Below the pieces are notes generated by a model. The model was given only the letters and a program-made list of their open reading frames with translations, did no database searches and had not been told where the DNA came from. A stretch of DNA of 63,683 nucleotides, filler included, from Pelomyxa schiedti (lineage: Eukaryota > Protista > Evosea), in NCBI GenBank assembly GCA_020536535.1. It is 14 parts of 14 records of this genome, joined end to end, with 100 filler letters (N's around TTAATTAATTAA, not from the genome) between each part and the next. Parts side by side here need not be neighbours in the genome. Positions count along the whole stretch, not along the records: positions 21,439 to 32,041 come from JAHLWZ010001261.1; positions 32,142 to 39,138 come from JAHLWZ010001383.1; 12 more parts are not named here. One strand, 5' to 3'. A program made the translations under genes and the position numbers. Below, piece after piece: positions 25,592 to 39,010 of this stretch. The number at the start of each line of letters is the position of its first letter. The first letter of the stretch is position 1.

Positions 25592-26156
25592 TTACTCCTT
25601 GGATGGGTTCAACTTGGCCGCTTGCTCCTTTGCCTTGTGCGTTGCATACTTCCCGGTGGCCTTAGCCCTTTCAGTCAGTGGGGCACTAGGATCCTTCATT
25701 TTCACCAGAGCTTGTTGGGCCCTGTTGTCAGGTAACTTGTGAATATATATAAAGGATTTAGACACTTATTTAAAACGTAATTAAATGTACTATAACTCCA
25801 GATTCCCTCCCATTCACATACTTTGTAGCATGTTCTGAAGCCTTTGCCGCCTTTTTTGCAGCCTTTGAAGCGGACATAGGCCTAGCCCCATGGAATTTTG
25901 CCGATCCGGTTCCAGTTCCAGGACCCGTTACTGTCCCCGGCCCCATTCCCATTGCCTCACTACCAGTCCCAGTCCCCGTCCCAACACTAGACTCAGAACC
26001 AGAGTACGAGGAACCATGCGGATACACACCCTCACCAACTCCCTGTGATCCTCCTACATCCACATTCGAACCAGGGATATCAGAAGCAACAGGGCTGTAT
26101 CCTGTTGATGGTTGTTGCATTGACTTGCCTTGCTGTTGTGTGTAGTATCCCTCCAT
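25592..26156 (-). CDS. Small hydrophilic G/S/T- and A/K-rich protein (LEA/hydrophilin-like), two exons
   Basis: Exon 1 ...KAAKKAAKASEHATKY splices in frame to LPDNRAQQALVKMKDP...KAKEQAAKLNPSKE*. Confidence 0.55.
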
Positions 26157-26330
26157 CTTTTCTGTTACCTTTACGCTTCAATCTTTTGTCAACTGTGCTT
26201 CTCGCTCGTTCGTCACCCTATGAGTAATGTCCAAGTACTAACTTAACAAAAAAAAAAGACAAACAATTTGGTTTGAAGGGATTTTATTGAAAATTGTTTG
26301 AAAGTACCCACAGGAAAGTGAGGGATTTTC

Positions 26331-27746
26331 TTAATCATTGAGGACCAAGGATACACCAAATTTGTGGTTGCCACTGGGCTTGAGGTCACCCATATTAGCA
26401 AGGGCAGAGAGGGTAATCTTGGAGTACTATGTGTGGTTAGTAAAGGGAGGAAGGAGTGGTGTGGTTTGTTTGAGGAAGATTGCGGGTGTTTGAGATACCT
26501 TGCTTGTTTGCTGGATGAAAGAAAGGCCAAGAACGTGGTCGGTGCTCATCTTTACTTTAATGGTTGTGTTGGGGTCGGGGGTAAAGGCAGCTCCAACAGA
26601 TATATTGGTGGTGCTCACCTTCCTGAACAGGGTTTAGAAAAGAAACGTGACAGCCAGTGAAAATACTTGGTGCGGTTGAAGTTTCCATCAACTCCCAATG
26701 TGAGTTTCTTGGCTGGAAGCTCATGGTAGTAACTGGCACCAATAACCTTCCCCTTCTTGTGGCTACAAGGAATATTAGAAAGCGGATTTTAAGAGTGGGG
26801 TGCTTACATGTAAGCGGTAGCTTCCCACAAGCCAATTCCATAACCAAATTGGAACTCAGCATCTCGAACATGCTACGGAAAGAAGTTATTGTTTTAATGG
26901 TGATTTTGAGAGACTACCTTAGCAGGTACGGGCTCATGAGAAGCTTCACTAGGTTCCTTTGGGAGTGCAAATTCGACCTTACCACCAGCAACAAACCCTG
27001 TTCACCACTGTAAGTAAAAGGATAGAATGCCAATGGGCAAAGGTACCCTTGTAGCCACTGGTTGCTGAAAAGCCGATAGCAGTTGCCGTCGGTTCCATCT
27101 TGAGTGTGTGGCCCAACGTGAAGAGTCTGTGCCTGGGAAAATGTTAGTCAGGAGGTTACAGTACAACTGATCATACAAGAACTCAAGGCCCAAACTTAAG
27201 GGAGTGGCGGCATCATGGTCCAAAATCAACTTGGTTCCTGGAAGCCTGGTAGAAGTACCTTTGAATGAAGCCTGAAGATATTATTAAAACACAAGAAGAG
27301 AAAGATGTGGAAACCTTAATTCTTTGGTTTGGATCAGTGCTAAGGTCTGCAGAGACATCCGCAGTAAGCCCTCTCCATCCATAAACAATTTTTGGTGATA
27401 CAACTCCTACAATAGCCCCATCGCCTTGGTGTGTTGCACTAAGTCCAAGGGTCTTATTATAACACAATTAAAACACAGAAAACAAAACCAGGGTTAAAAA
27501 AAAATTTCGTAAGACATACCACCGGCTTTGCTGGGTGTAATTTCGCTTCTCCCTTTGTCTTATCAGCATAGTCCTTGGAAAAGAAGTCTAAAATTATTTA
27601 CAAATAAAACAAGAAGTTAGATGGCATCCCAAGCAATTTTCACCCCAAATTAAATGCCCCCTCAGTCCCCAAACGACGTTGTTGTAGGTACCTTTGACTT
27701 TGACGTTGAAGTCTCCGTAAATAACTGGTGTCCTCATTCCCTTCAT
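26331..27746 (-). CDS. VDAC: Voltage-dependent anion channel (eukaryotic porin), multi-exon
   Basis: Spliced N-terminus MKGMRTPVIYGDFNVKVK|DFFSKDY matches the VDAC N-helix pattern; amphipathic strands (ISVGAAF, TTIKVKM, LGLSFIQQ); C-terminus KITLSAL...NHKFGVSLVLND* carries a beta-signal. Confidence 0.82.
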
Positions 27747-28047
27747 TTTTCAATTCCAAAGAGAAAAAAGCCCGGTGAAGGTGTCGCCTTGTGGTTGTTG
27801 TTTATTATTCGATTTGTTTGGTTTTCTGTTATAAAAGAGAAAGAAATCACAGTTCAAAGTTGTTTCGCGTCCAGTCTCCAAAAATACACCCGATTCAGTC
27901 TCACTCTGACACCTCCCAATGGAGTTGGGCACTCGATCACCCAATCGCAGCACACGAGGGTCATCAACTTCCCTCTCGTTGTGAGAAAACCGTTTGAAAA
28001 GCCGAATCAACAGCCTTCCTATAAACAACCAACAAACATAATCCTCC

Positions 28048-29122
28048 ATGAGCGCCTCAACACCAACTGGTAGTGGTAGTGGTACAAGTAGTAGTACCGC
28101 TACTAATAACACCATGGACGACGTGCACCGTAACTACAAGTTCATTGGCAAGGTTATGGGAGCAGCCAGGAACATGCAGCTGCGAGGGCACCCAGTGGAC
28201 GTGAGCTCCAGCCTGTATGGCACGGGACACCTCAGGCTCGACATGTCGCTAACGTGGATGCGCTCCCCCACACAGCCTCAGTACCGAAACATGGAATTAC
28301 TCGCTTACAGCTCCTCGGAAAAGAACAGGCTGAATGGAATTCCTTGTGGTATGTAGCTTTTATCAGGTTATTGTATTGTATAACCTTCTTATAATTAATT
28401 AGAATTAATTCTTTGTCACTGTCACAATGCAAACACTCACCGTTAGTTTAATTTAATAACACAATTTTTTATTAAATTAGACTACTACTTAAATTCACAC
28501 CCGCTACCCAGGTTCTATGACATCAGAACAAATAGCTGACATGCTCATGAGGGGTGCTGGTATTGACCCCATCAGCGACGCATACAAAGAAACCCCGAAT
28601 GCAATGAAACACCTCGAAATGTGGTGGTTTGACAAGGTTCTCACCGCCATTGCCCCCAACGGCTGCTACATTGAGCCGGAATACTATGACACCCTGTGCC
28701 TCTTTGGTGAGCCTGCCAACCTCAAGGAACCCATTCCAACACCCTCATGCGTCCAACACTACGCCGATTCCCACCCCAACAGACTCCACCCGTTCCTTCT
28801 GGGACCACCTCCAGCCTCTGAATCCTTGGCCCAGACTCTGTTGCAGATTGACCAGGCCGGCTCAGCCGCAAACTGGCCGGTTCTCCTTGACTTGGTCAAA
28901 TCCAACCCGGAATCTTTTATCACGAGGTTGCACCCAGACTCAACCACTGGATTCGCACCGTTGCACCATGCTGCACGCGGGAATGCACCTGCCGATGTGA
29001 TCACAACACTCAAGTCACTGGGTGGTGACACAAACCAGCGGTCTGTTGAAGGCACCCCATTTGAGATTGCAAGGGCAAGGGGCCACACTGGGATCCTCAA
29101 CCTGTTGCATCATAGGTTGTAA
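28048..29122 (+). CDS. Unknown N-terminal domain plus C-terminal ankyrin repeat protein, paralog A
   Basis: GFAPLHHAARGN...TPFEIARARGH ankyrin motif; intron begins at 28349; acceptor unresolved. Confidence 0.7.
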
Positions 29123-29231
29123 AATTAATACCCCCAACAAAAAGCAAAAAAAAAAAAAAAAAAGGAGATTCCCTTTCTCCCATCCATCGAATGAATCCCA
29201 ACGCGTTTGAACGAAACAAAAAAAAAACAAC

Positions 29232-30367
29232 AAAGAGGGGGAATGAGTGGTGGCACGGAAGCTACGCGGGGCTACCACGATGGTGACTACGACGAAGAAG
29301 AGCGCTGTGCGTACAGGTTCGTGGGCGGGGTGATGGCGGCCGCGAGGTGCATGCAGCTCCGCGGGCACCCCGTCGACGTGGCGTCCGAGATGCACGGCAC
29401 GGGGCACATCAGGCTGGGCATATCCCTCGCGTCGCGGCGGGGGCCCGGCGGCGGGGGCGGGGGCGGCCGGCCCCGCACCCTGCAACTGCTGGCCTACAGC
29501 TCATCGTCAAAGAGCAAGATCAAAGGGGTGCCCTGCGGTGCGTCGTCGGTTGACGCTGTAGTGCAAATCGCTCTCCCAATGATTTGACACATTGACACAT
29601 TAACATACCTGCCAAAAAGCTGTTATTATTAATAGTATAATAACTTATACTTAGTACTTTACCGCCAAACTAATGCCACAAAAAATGTACTTTACTGCCT
29701 CCGTGCCTATTTCACTCTATTTATCAAACTAAAAATGACCAAGTTTCCCCCAGAATCCATGACACCGGATGAAATTGCGGATATGTTACTGAGGGGCGCC
29801 GGGATTGATCCACTCAACGACGCATACAAAGAAACTCCGGACTCGGCAAAGCTCCTCGAAATGTGGTGGTTTGACAAGGTTCTCACTGCCATCTCCCCTG
29901 CTGGATGTTACATTGACCCGGACTTCGGAACTCGCCTTAGTCTGCTGGGGGTTTCTGACCTCAAGGAGCCCATTCCAACACAATCGCACACCCAACACTA
30001 CGCCGATTCCCACCCCAACAGACTCCACCCGTTCCTTCTGGGACCACCTCCAGCCTCTGAATCCTTGGCCCAGACTCTGTTGCAGATTGATCAAGCCGGC
30101 TCAGCAGCAAACTGGCCGGTTCTCCTTGACTTGGTCAAATCCAACCCAGAGGCACTGATCACGAGGTTGCACCCAGAATCAACAACGGGATTCACACCAC
30201 TGCACCATGCTGCTCGGGGAAATGCACCTGCCGATGTGATCACAACACTCAAGTCACTGGGTGGTGACACAAACCAGCGGTCTGTTGAAGGCACTCCATT
30301 TGAGATTGCAAGGGCAAGGGGTCACTCTGGAATCCTCGACCTGTTGCATCATAAACTATCATACTAA
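29232..30367 (+). CDS. Tandem paralog B of the ankyrin gene
   Basis: Same motifs as A (MQLRGHPVDV, LEMWWFDKVLTAI, GFTPLHHAARGN). Confidence 0.72.
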
Positions 30368-30708
30368 CTTCTTAAAAAAACAGAAAACAAAAAAGGAAAA
30401 AAACTGTGTGGGATTATAAGCTACCTGCCAAAAGTTTCGAGGTGATAGCGGAACAACCCACCAACATTCACTGTTGGCCATCACAATGTATTTGAGTTGT
30501 GATTGAGAGGTTATCAGTCACAACACCGCAGTGTAGCCACAGAGTATCGCCGTCGTTTCACTCATCAGCAATTTTTTCTAACTGAAACCGAACTTGTGGG
30601 ATACAGGTGGTGCAAGGCAGAAATTTGGGATTTTCTTTTTTTACATTATTTTGACAAAGTGGTTGTTAAGGTTTCACTTAACATTCCATGGAATTGTTTC
30701 TTCTCAGC

Positions 30709-31411
<703 letters not shown>

Positions 31412-32199
31412 TTAAATCCTCACCGCAATTGTCTACGTTTTCATCGTATTCGTGTTGTCTACGTGTTCAGAAAAAAATTGTTGTTATCGGAACACGTGAG
31501 TGATGAGTGAGGAATACGGGTAGAAACACCTTTGCTTTTTAACTTGAGGAAATACCAGCAGTTTGCAGGAGGGATTTCAGGTTGAACTCACATCACACTT
31601 TACTCACAGCACATGTTACAGAGGAAAAATAAGTACTAGATCAAAAGGGGGAAGATTCTTCTTTTCTCGATTTATCACGGAACGCTGAGCTTGACAACTG
31701 AGCCAGTGAAGGTGAACACGCGCTTGGTGTCACCAATGTACACAACAGCAAGGCCATTGCCCCCGGACATCACGGCCTCAGACGGCCTCAGCTTGCTGTA
31801 CTCGTGGGCCTCCCCAACCCCCCTCACATAGTCCCTGTCCTCGCTCCGCGGCGGCACCTTCCCCTTGGGCCCCGCGTCCGGCCCGGCCACAGTCTCCCCC
31901 CTCACGAACCACTTGTGCCCGCTGTTCACGTACCCGCTGCCCCCTCCCCCGGCCGAGGACCTCCCCCCGCCCCCGCCCCCGCCGTACCACCCACCCCCGC
32001 CCCCAACAACGGCGGGTCCGGCGGCGGCGCCAGCGGGAAGCNNNNNNNNNNNNNNNNNNNNNNNNNNNNNNNNNNNNNNNNNNNNTTAATTAATTAANNN
32101 NNNNNNNNNNNNNNNNNNNNNNNNNNNNNNNNNNNNNNNNNTTCCCCCCCCCCCCCCCAAGACCCCCCAATCAGAAAAGGGGAAAAAAAAGACACACAC

Positions 32200-32670
32200 A
32201 CCTTGATCTCCTTTGTCAGTTGCTCGATACGCAGCTGCAACTGTTTTTTGGCTGCATTTTGTGTCTTGTTTGATTTTGATCAGAAAATGGAAAAAAAATG
32301 GTGGTGCTGTTAACACACACACACACACCTCGATCTCCTTGGTAAGTTCGTCGATACGCAGCTGCAACTGTTTTATGTGTGCCTTCAGTTTCTTGTTTGA
32401 TCAGAAAAGAAAAAAATGGATGGAAAATGGCACTTTGTTAACACACACACCTCGATCTCCTTTGTCAGTTCGTCGATACGCAGCTGCAATTGTTTTATGT
32501 GTGCCTTCAGTTCCTTGTTTGATCAGAAAAGAAAAAAAATGACGTTGTAAACACACACCTCGGTCTCCTTTATCAGTTGCTCAATACGCAGCTGCAACTG
32601 TTTCTTGTCTGCATTCAGTGCCTTGTTTGATCAGAAAAGAAAAAAATGGTGACGCTGTTAACTCAACACA
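32200..32670 (-). repeat. Four tandem exon+intron units of about 110-130 bp
   Basis: Unit acacacacctcgatctcctt...gatacgcagctgcaactg...tgatcagaaaa repeated; GTGTGT donors on the - strand. Confidence 0.85.
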
Positions 32671-33667
32671 CCTCAATAATCTCAAACGGTGGTGACCCCA
32701 TCTTGTGTTGCTGGAACATGTTGTTGCTGTTGAGGATGCCTCTCAACTGCACCATGTTGCACCCCTCAGAAGAGGGAAGTGTCGCAACACCCTCCCCTCG
32801 CAGCTCCAAACCACCACAACCACCTCCGCTCGTGAAGGTGCCTTCAAACATGTCACCGTTTGGCCACCTCCTCGTTCCCTTCTTTGCCACACCCATCTCC
32901 CACAACCCTGTGAATGATGAACCGTCACATGCCAACATCTTTGTTCCTTTGCCGTTCTCCTTGCCGCACACCCACTGGCCCTCGTACCTGTCACCATTTG
33001 CCCACAGCCTCACACCCCAACCATGGAACTTGTCATCCTTCCACTCCCCAACGTAGCTCCCTCCCCCAGCATGGCTGTCACCAAACAGCATCCTCCCATT
33101 CCCGCTCTTCTTGCCATGGTCAAACTGACCATAGTAGATGTCACCCGAGCCATCATGTGACACCCACGTGCCACACCCGTGCCACTGGTTCCTGTCCCAC
33201 TCACCCTCATACACCGTCTCCAGTGCGACGGAACCCCCGATGTGCCTCCTCTGCACTCCCCATCCTTGCAGGTCAGAACAGTGTTTTGTGTCACTCCACA
33301 CCCACTCGCCCTCATAGACATCGCCCGTGTTACATGTATGCTTGCCCCTCTTCCACCTGTCGTTGCTCCACTGGCCACAGTAATATGACGGCTCGGTCTT
33401 GTACGACTCCCCTGGATAGCGTATTATGCCCCAGCCGTCCTTATTGCCGTTGTGCCACTCACCGCTGTACACACCCCCGTTGCGCCACTGTTGTAGCCCT
33501 CGGCCGTGCTTCTTGTCGTCACGCCACTCGCCATCGTACCAACCGTCTGGCCAAGTGCATCTGCCTGTGCCGTCACGTTTGTTGTTTACGAGGCGCCCAG
33601 TGTACGAGCCATTGGGTGTCACCGTTTTGTTCACCACCTCCTCCACACCCGATGTTGTTGCGGCCAT
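32200..33667 (-). CDS. MORN-repeat protein with coiled-coil tail built from tandem mini-exons; 3' end truncated by the contig end
   Basis: Many YxGxWxxxxxHGxG MORN repeats; a splice donor after PFEIIE leads into repeated KQLQLRIDELTKEIE-type exons. Confidence 0.82.
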
Positions 33668-33936
33668 GTGGCAAAACGCGTAGGGATTGGATAGGTTTAG
33701 GATAGAATTTGCTAAACTTAGGGGATAGAATGGAAAATCGATGAGAGACGATGAACAACGGGCTAAACCTCGGTCTAAGCTAAAAATCACACCTCCACAA
33801 GGAAGTGCGGCAGGAGGGTTTGGAAAGATGACTTGTGTTTACAACAATGAGGTGGTTGGCGTGGTTGCTGGGTTTTTGATGTGGCATGTGATTTTTTTTG
33901 TGGTACATGCCACTCGGAGTACTTTTTGCAATGGGG

Positions 33937-34339
33937 TGTGTACTTCCACAAAGTACACGAACTCGGCCTTGCTCGCCAGGCTCTGAAGTCTGGCGCGCTT
34001 TAGCGGGATTGGAGAGACTGAGGACTGAGCCGAATCTGGACTATTACCAGAATGAGACAGCGAAGGTAATGATCAGCGCACAGCGCAGCTGGGCGCACAA
34101 ATACAGCAATAAGAACGCGGCAGGCGGTTTTGATCACATGCACACTTGTCCGAGAATCCATTTGAACATCGCAGCCTTTTAACCCAATCGCACAACCGCT
34201 CTGCGAGATTTTACACACTCCCTTTTTACCCCCTTACAACAACAACGACCAAACAAACAAGAGAACCCTCTTTATTCTCTTCACTCTCACTCGTTTTCTT
34301 CCTCTGTGGGACTTATTCTCGAGCCCACAGAAGCTAACA
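33937..34339 (+). mobile_element. Solo LTR, diverged relative of family A (403 bp), TSD GGGG
   Basis: TGTGTACTT start and CCCACAGAAGCTAACA end shared with family A; GGGG on both sides. Confidence 0.8.
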
Positions 34340-34630
34340 GGGGACAAAAGTCTACTAACTATTTTATTTGGAAAAAACTTGCCACCAAACTCCAAAACAA
34401 TCACCACACACTCGTGCACCAAGGGTTGGAAAACCACAAAGCACAGTGCCTCATTGGTAAAATGACCACCCCCAAATCCACTGACACCCCATCAAAACCC
34501 CAGTTTTCAGAAATTACGATCAGGACTTGGATGCAGGGCGAATAACAGACATAGAGGAAGACATTTGGAAGTTCAGATGGCAGAGTGATTCTGAAATATG
34601 GGTCAAGTTGCGTGCGGGCAGTGCTTGTCT

Positions 34631-34991
34631 TGTGTACTTGAGCAAGTACATGAGCTTGTGCTCTATGGACACTCTGCAGACTCTGTATGAATCTCGACTC
34701 TCAAGATCCAATGCAGGCTTGATGGAATTACTGGAATAAGGCAGCGACGATCTTATGAGGCACAGAACGCACTAATGTGGACTGCAGTGGTGATTGATTC
34801 TGAGGCAATCTTGACTGAGAATTGGACAACAGTGTGGCTTTGAAGCTAACCACACCTAACCGCACCAAATTAATTATCCTTTTCACACATGCAACCCAAG
34901 CACGAGAACAAGCAAGAGAACCTTTACACTCTCACTCTCTTTCATTCTTTTCCCTCTGTGGGGCTTTATTCTCTTCCCACAGAAGCTAACA
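34631..34991 (+). mobile_element. Solo LTR, family A (361 bp), TSD GTCT
   Basis: TG...CA termini; GTCT at 34627-34630 and 34992-34995; close homolog of 9116-9476. Confidence 0.88.
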
Positions 34992-35699
34992 GTCTCCAGG
35001 GGCTGGTGTTGGAGAGGTGGAAGGCGACAGTTCATGGAACAGATCCAATCACTCTCAGAGCACAAGACATCGATGGAGTCTCTGACAGTGTATGGCAGTG
35101 CCATGCAGGAGGTGTGAAAGTGATGACTTCCCAAAAAAGGGAATCGCGGTGTCGGCACAGAGCAACCCACAGAAGTCGGACAACTTCCAGGAATTCCATG
35201 GCACCTGACGCTGTGCATCGCGTCCACAGAATACTCAGAATTCATGGGACTCTGGGCTTATAAGCAACACCACTTTCACTCACCTCAGAACAAGTAAAAT
35301 AATAAATACATTCTTCTTCCCTTTAAGACTTTAAATGACCACTACAACAACAAGTGCAGCAGTCACTCCCTGTGAGGACGTGCCACTCACATCTGGAGGT
35401 GCGGTTTCTGACAGACCTGAATCACGGTCTGGTGACACAGCTGAAGAACATCAGTGAAGAACACCACCACCAACCCCATTGGCAAATAACCAATCTGGGT
35501 ATTGGCTCTTTCCAGCCTGTCACACTCCACTCCCAAGCCCGCTTGCAAGAGACAATATGGCACTACAGAGAGGGGCACATCAACAAGCACAACACAACAA
35601 GACAAGCTGGCAGAGCCACTGGCTGGGAATAAAACAGCAAGCACACAAGGAGGAGCTGAGGAACTGGGTCTACTGCAGCTGGTGAACCACCAGATAGAT

Positions 35700-38350
35700 G
35701 AAAGAATAGCTGCGATGGAGAAGACTCTGACGCAAACATCACTGGGAAGCTGAGTGGAAGCCGCGTGTTTCTTGCAGCCGTAACACAGAGCAGGGAGATG
35801 CCAGAAGAGGAAGAAGAAGAAGCGGAAGAAACCATGTTCTCTATTACACTTCCTAACACACACACAACAATGGAGTTCCGATTAGCATCCAAGGATAACA
35901 AGAATAAGCTCAAACTACCTGCGTTGGGACCAGAGAACATCAATGTACACCAGTGGCTGATACACTGTCAGAAGCTCATGGAAGGATTCTCTGAGAACCA
36001 AGTTTTGCTGGCACTGTATCATACACTTAAAGGGGAACCAGCAAGTGTGGCTACAAGCACTTTCAAGAGTACACAATGTCTCGGACAGCTGATAATAATG
36101 AAAGCACTGTTGTTGGAGCAACAGCCAGGACTGGTAACAAGTCAGTCACCTGGGCCACTCCCGACAAGCTGGCAGTGGTTTGTGACGCTGGTAACAATGG
36201 CAGCGAAGACTGGTAACAGGACAGTCAAAAGCAAGCCTATGATAGCAGTCCACCACGCAGCTGGTAACAAGGCAGCTGCAGGAAAGATGAACTTCATTAG
36301 CTCTCATGAGAAATTTACCCAACCTACTACGAATTAACATCCTTGGACAAGAAAGAGAAGCCTGCCTAGACTCAGGATCAGGGAATTCTCTCTAAGAGAA
36401 ATGGACAAGAAGAACATTGCATTCATTAACATACAAGAAGAGGCCAGACATGTAAAAGGAAGCACGGCAACAGCTGCATTCTGTAACTTCAACTGGACCG
36501 GTGCTCTCAAGCACTTGCCGGAAACAGAACAACATATATTATTCCAGATCCTGTCTAAGTTCGCTGAGTTGTTTGTAGATAAGCTGGAGGGAACACATAC
36601 CTCAGTCAAAGGCCTAACAAAACATACAATAGACACCACAGATGCGAGGCCAATAACAGCTTGGGGCCAGAAACTCACGGAAACAGAGCATGTGTACATC
36701 AAGGAGGAAGTTGACAAGTACCTCCAACAAGGTGTCATTCGACCCAGTTTCAGTAATTGGTCAAGCCCAGTGGTCACCCAAGAAGGATGGCACCCTTTGA
36801 TTTTGTATCAACTACAGGAGGTTAAATAATATCACCAAAAGGGATGTGTACCCTCTTCCAAGGATTGAGGAATGCCTTTCCGCCTTGCATGGACAGAAAT
36901 ACTTTACATTTTAGACTTGGCAAGTGGATATTGGCAGATACCGATAGAGGAGAAGGACAAAGAGAAAACAGCCTTCATCACTAGGAGCGGGTTGTTTGAG
37001 TTCAATGTGCTGCACTGAAAGCTGCACTAGTGCAAGCTCCCATCCTGGGGTACCCGGACCAAGGTCAGCCCTTCTGGATAGAATCTGATGCGTCAGGCAC
37101 AGGCATTGGGGCTGTTCTGTTTCAGGTTAGTGAGGGTGCTAGAAGAGAAGTGATTGCATACTACAGTAGAGTTCTGAACAGCACAGAAAGGAATTATGAT
37201 ACAAGAGAGAGAGAGTGCCTGGCTGCCATAGAAGCTAAGACCTGTTGGCATCGGGTATCGGCGATAAGGGATAAGATAATAGATGCGATTTTATTATTTT
37301 TGATCGTGGTAAAGAATGAATGTTGTGTGTGTTGCTCGCGCTTATAAGCCTGCACATGGAAGGTGTAATTCAGTGTGGAAGGTTCAAGTCACGCTTCTCC
37401 AGGTGCGTGTGTATGCAAATCGGCTGAGGTGCAATCGGTGGATGTCTGGTGAACTTCTCAATGTGGGAGGGAGTAGGCTTTCCTACTTAGGGGTTAGTCC
37501 GACTGTGGGCAGTGCCCACAGACCAGGAAGATTAGCGAGGTGGTCTCTAACTTTGATTGAGCATAACCCGGAGATCATCCACAAGCCAGGAAAATCGCTG
37601 GTGGTGCCCCACACACTGTCACACTTCCCACAGAAAGAAGTCCAACCCCTACTGATGGTGGAGGCTGATACAAGTGCCTTAGCAAGACAGCAAAAGTTGG
37701 ACAGGAGGATACAAGTTATATTGCAGATTCTGCAGGGACAAGAGGATGTCACCGGCGTGGATTCCAGGTGGATCAGGGAAATCTGGAAGACCAAGGGTGA
37801 GTTTGTAGTTGGGGATGAGGGAATACTCTACCGATGGGTGTACACAAACCCAAGAAGGCCGCCATGCTTTTGCCTGGTCTTACCAGAGTCCAGGAAGGAG
37901 GAAGTATTGAACCAGTGCCATGACTCAATGTTCTATGGGGGGCACCTCTCGTTTGACAAAAACCTACCACAAGATTAAGCTGCACAGAGGTGTGCCTAAG
38001 AGTCTGCCATGCCCGCTGTATCCCAACCACATTGTGGGAAAGTTAACAAGGACGAATCAGGGAAATGAATACATACTTGTCATGGTGGATCACTTCACTG
38101 GCTGGCCAATGGCGTATGCAACACCAACAGCAGATGCTGGCACCACAGCCAGGGTGTTTGTGGATCACTGGATCTGCAATATGGGCCCGCCAGACATACT
38201 AGTATCTGATAGGGGCAGTCATTTCCTCAATGAGCTGGTTGAAGAAGTTAACATACTGTTTCAGATTGAGCACAGGAAGAGCTCTGCTTACCATCCCCAA
38301 ACCAACGGTAAAACTGAAAGGTTCAACAAGACACTCATTGGTATGCTCCG
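35700..38350 (+). mobile_element. Decayed Ty3/gypsy LTR retrotransposon (gag-like, RT, RNase H, integrase)
   Basis: RT: [43 protein letters not shown]. RNase H: SDASGTGIGAVL, YDTRERECLA, GRLARW. Integrase: VDHFTGW, SDRGSHF, AYHPQTNGKTERFN. Contains frameshifts and deletions. Confidence 0.93.
37243..37520. mobile_element. Solo LTR, family B (278 bp), nested in the gypsy RNase H; TSD GACC
   Basis: TGTTGGCA...TGCCCACA termini; GACC at 37239-37242 and 37521-37524; interrupts the pol reading frame. Confidence 0.83.
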
Positions 38351-38905
38351 CATATCTCTTTGCGTCCCCATGCATAATCCTCTCCTTGCCGTTGCCCCTA
38401 ACGGCAACGAAAAGTGGACATTTTTTGGCTACCAGGGATGATTTTTGTTGCCGTTACCCCAGCCACCGAGATAATACTGGCCTGTTTCTTTTTTAACTCT
38501 TTTTTTTTGTTTGGTTTTGTACTTGTGGATTTCTTGGTTGTTATTCCTCTGCAGCACCTGGTGATTGGTAGAATAGCCAATGAGTTCTGTCATGCCATCT
38601 TTTGAAGTAATAACTGTCACCACACCGATGCCACCTCAGGCACCACCGAGTCCCACACCACACCTGAGACCGCCACAGCGCGCAACATGGCCATCTCTCT
38701 AGTCGTTGTTGTGGGGTGTCTCCTAGACTGGGACAAAGTTAGAAAGAATATTTGAATCCATGAGTACATACAGTCCTCACACAGTCCTTCTTCATTCCAA
38801 TTTCACAGTGAATTGTACAACAGTCGGGCTTGATTTGTTCCCCAAACCAAAAAGGCCCAGGAACACTTAATTGTCCACTTGTGGTGGCAACATATCTGGG
38901 TCAAT

Positions 38906-39010
38906 GGGCGGAAGTTTTTTACCTATCAAAAAGTACATACTTCCACCCTGACAAAAACTTCCGCCCGGGCGGAGGTATGCACTTTTTGATAGGGAAAAAA
39001 ACCTCCGCCC
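38906..39010. repeat. Imperfect ~44-bp inverted repeat (foldback/MITE-like)
   Basis: 38906-38948 versus the reverse complement of 38967-39010; further gggcgga/gggtgga modules nearby. Confidence 0.7.
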
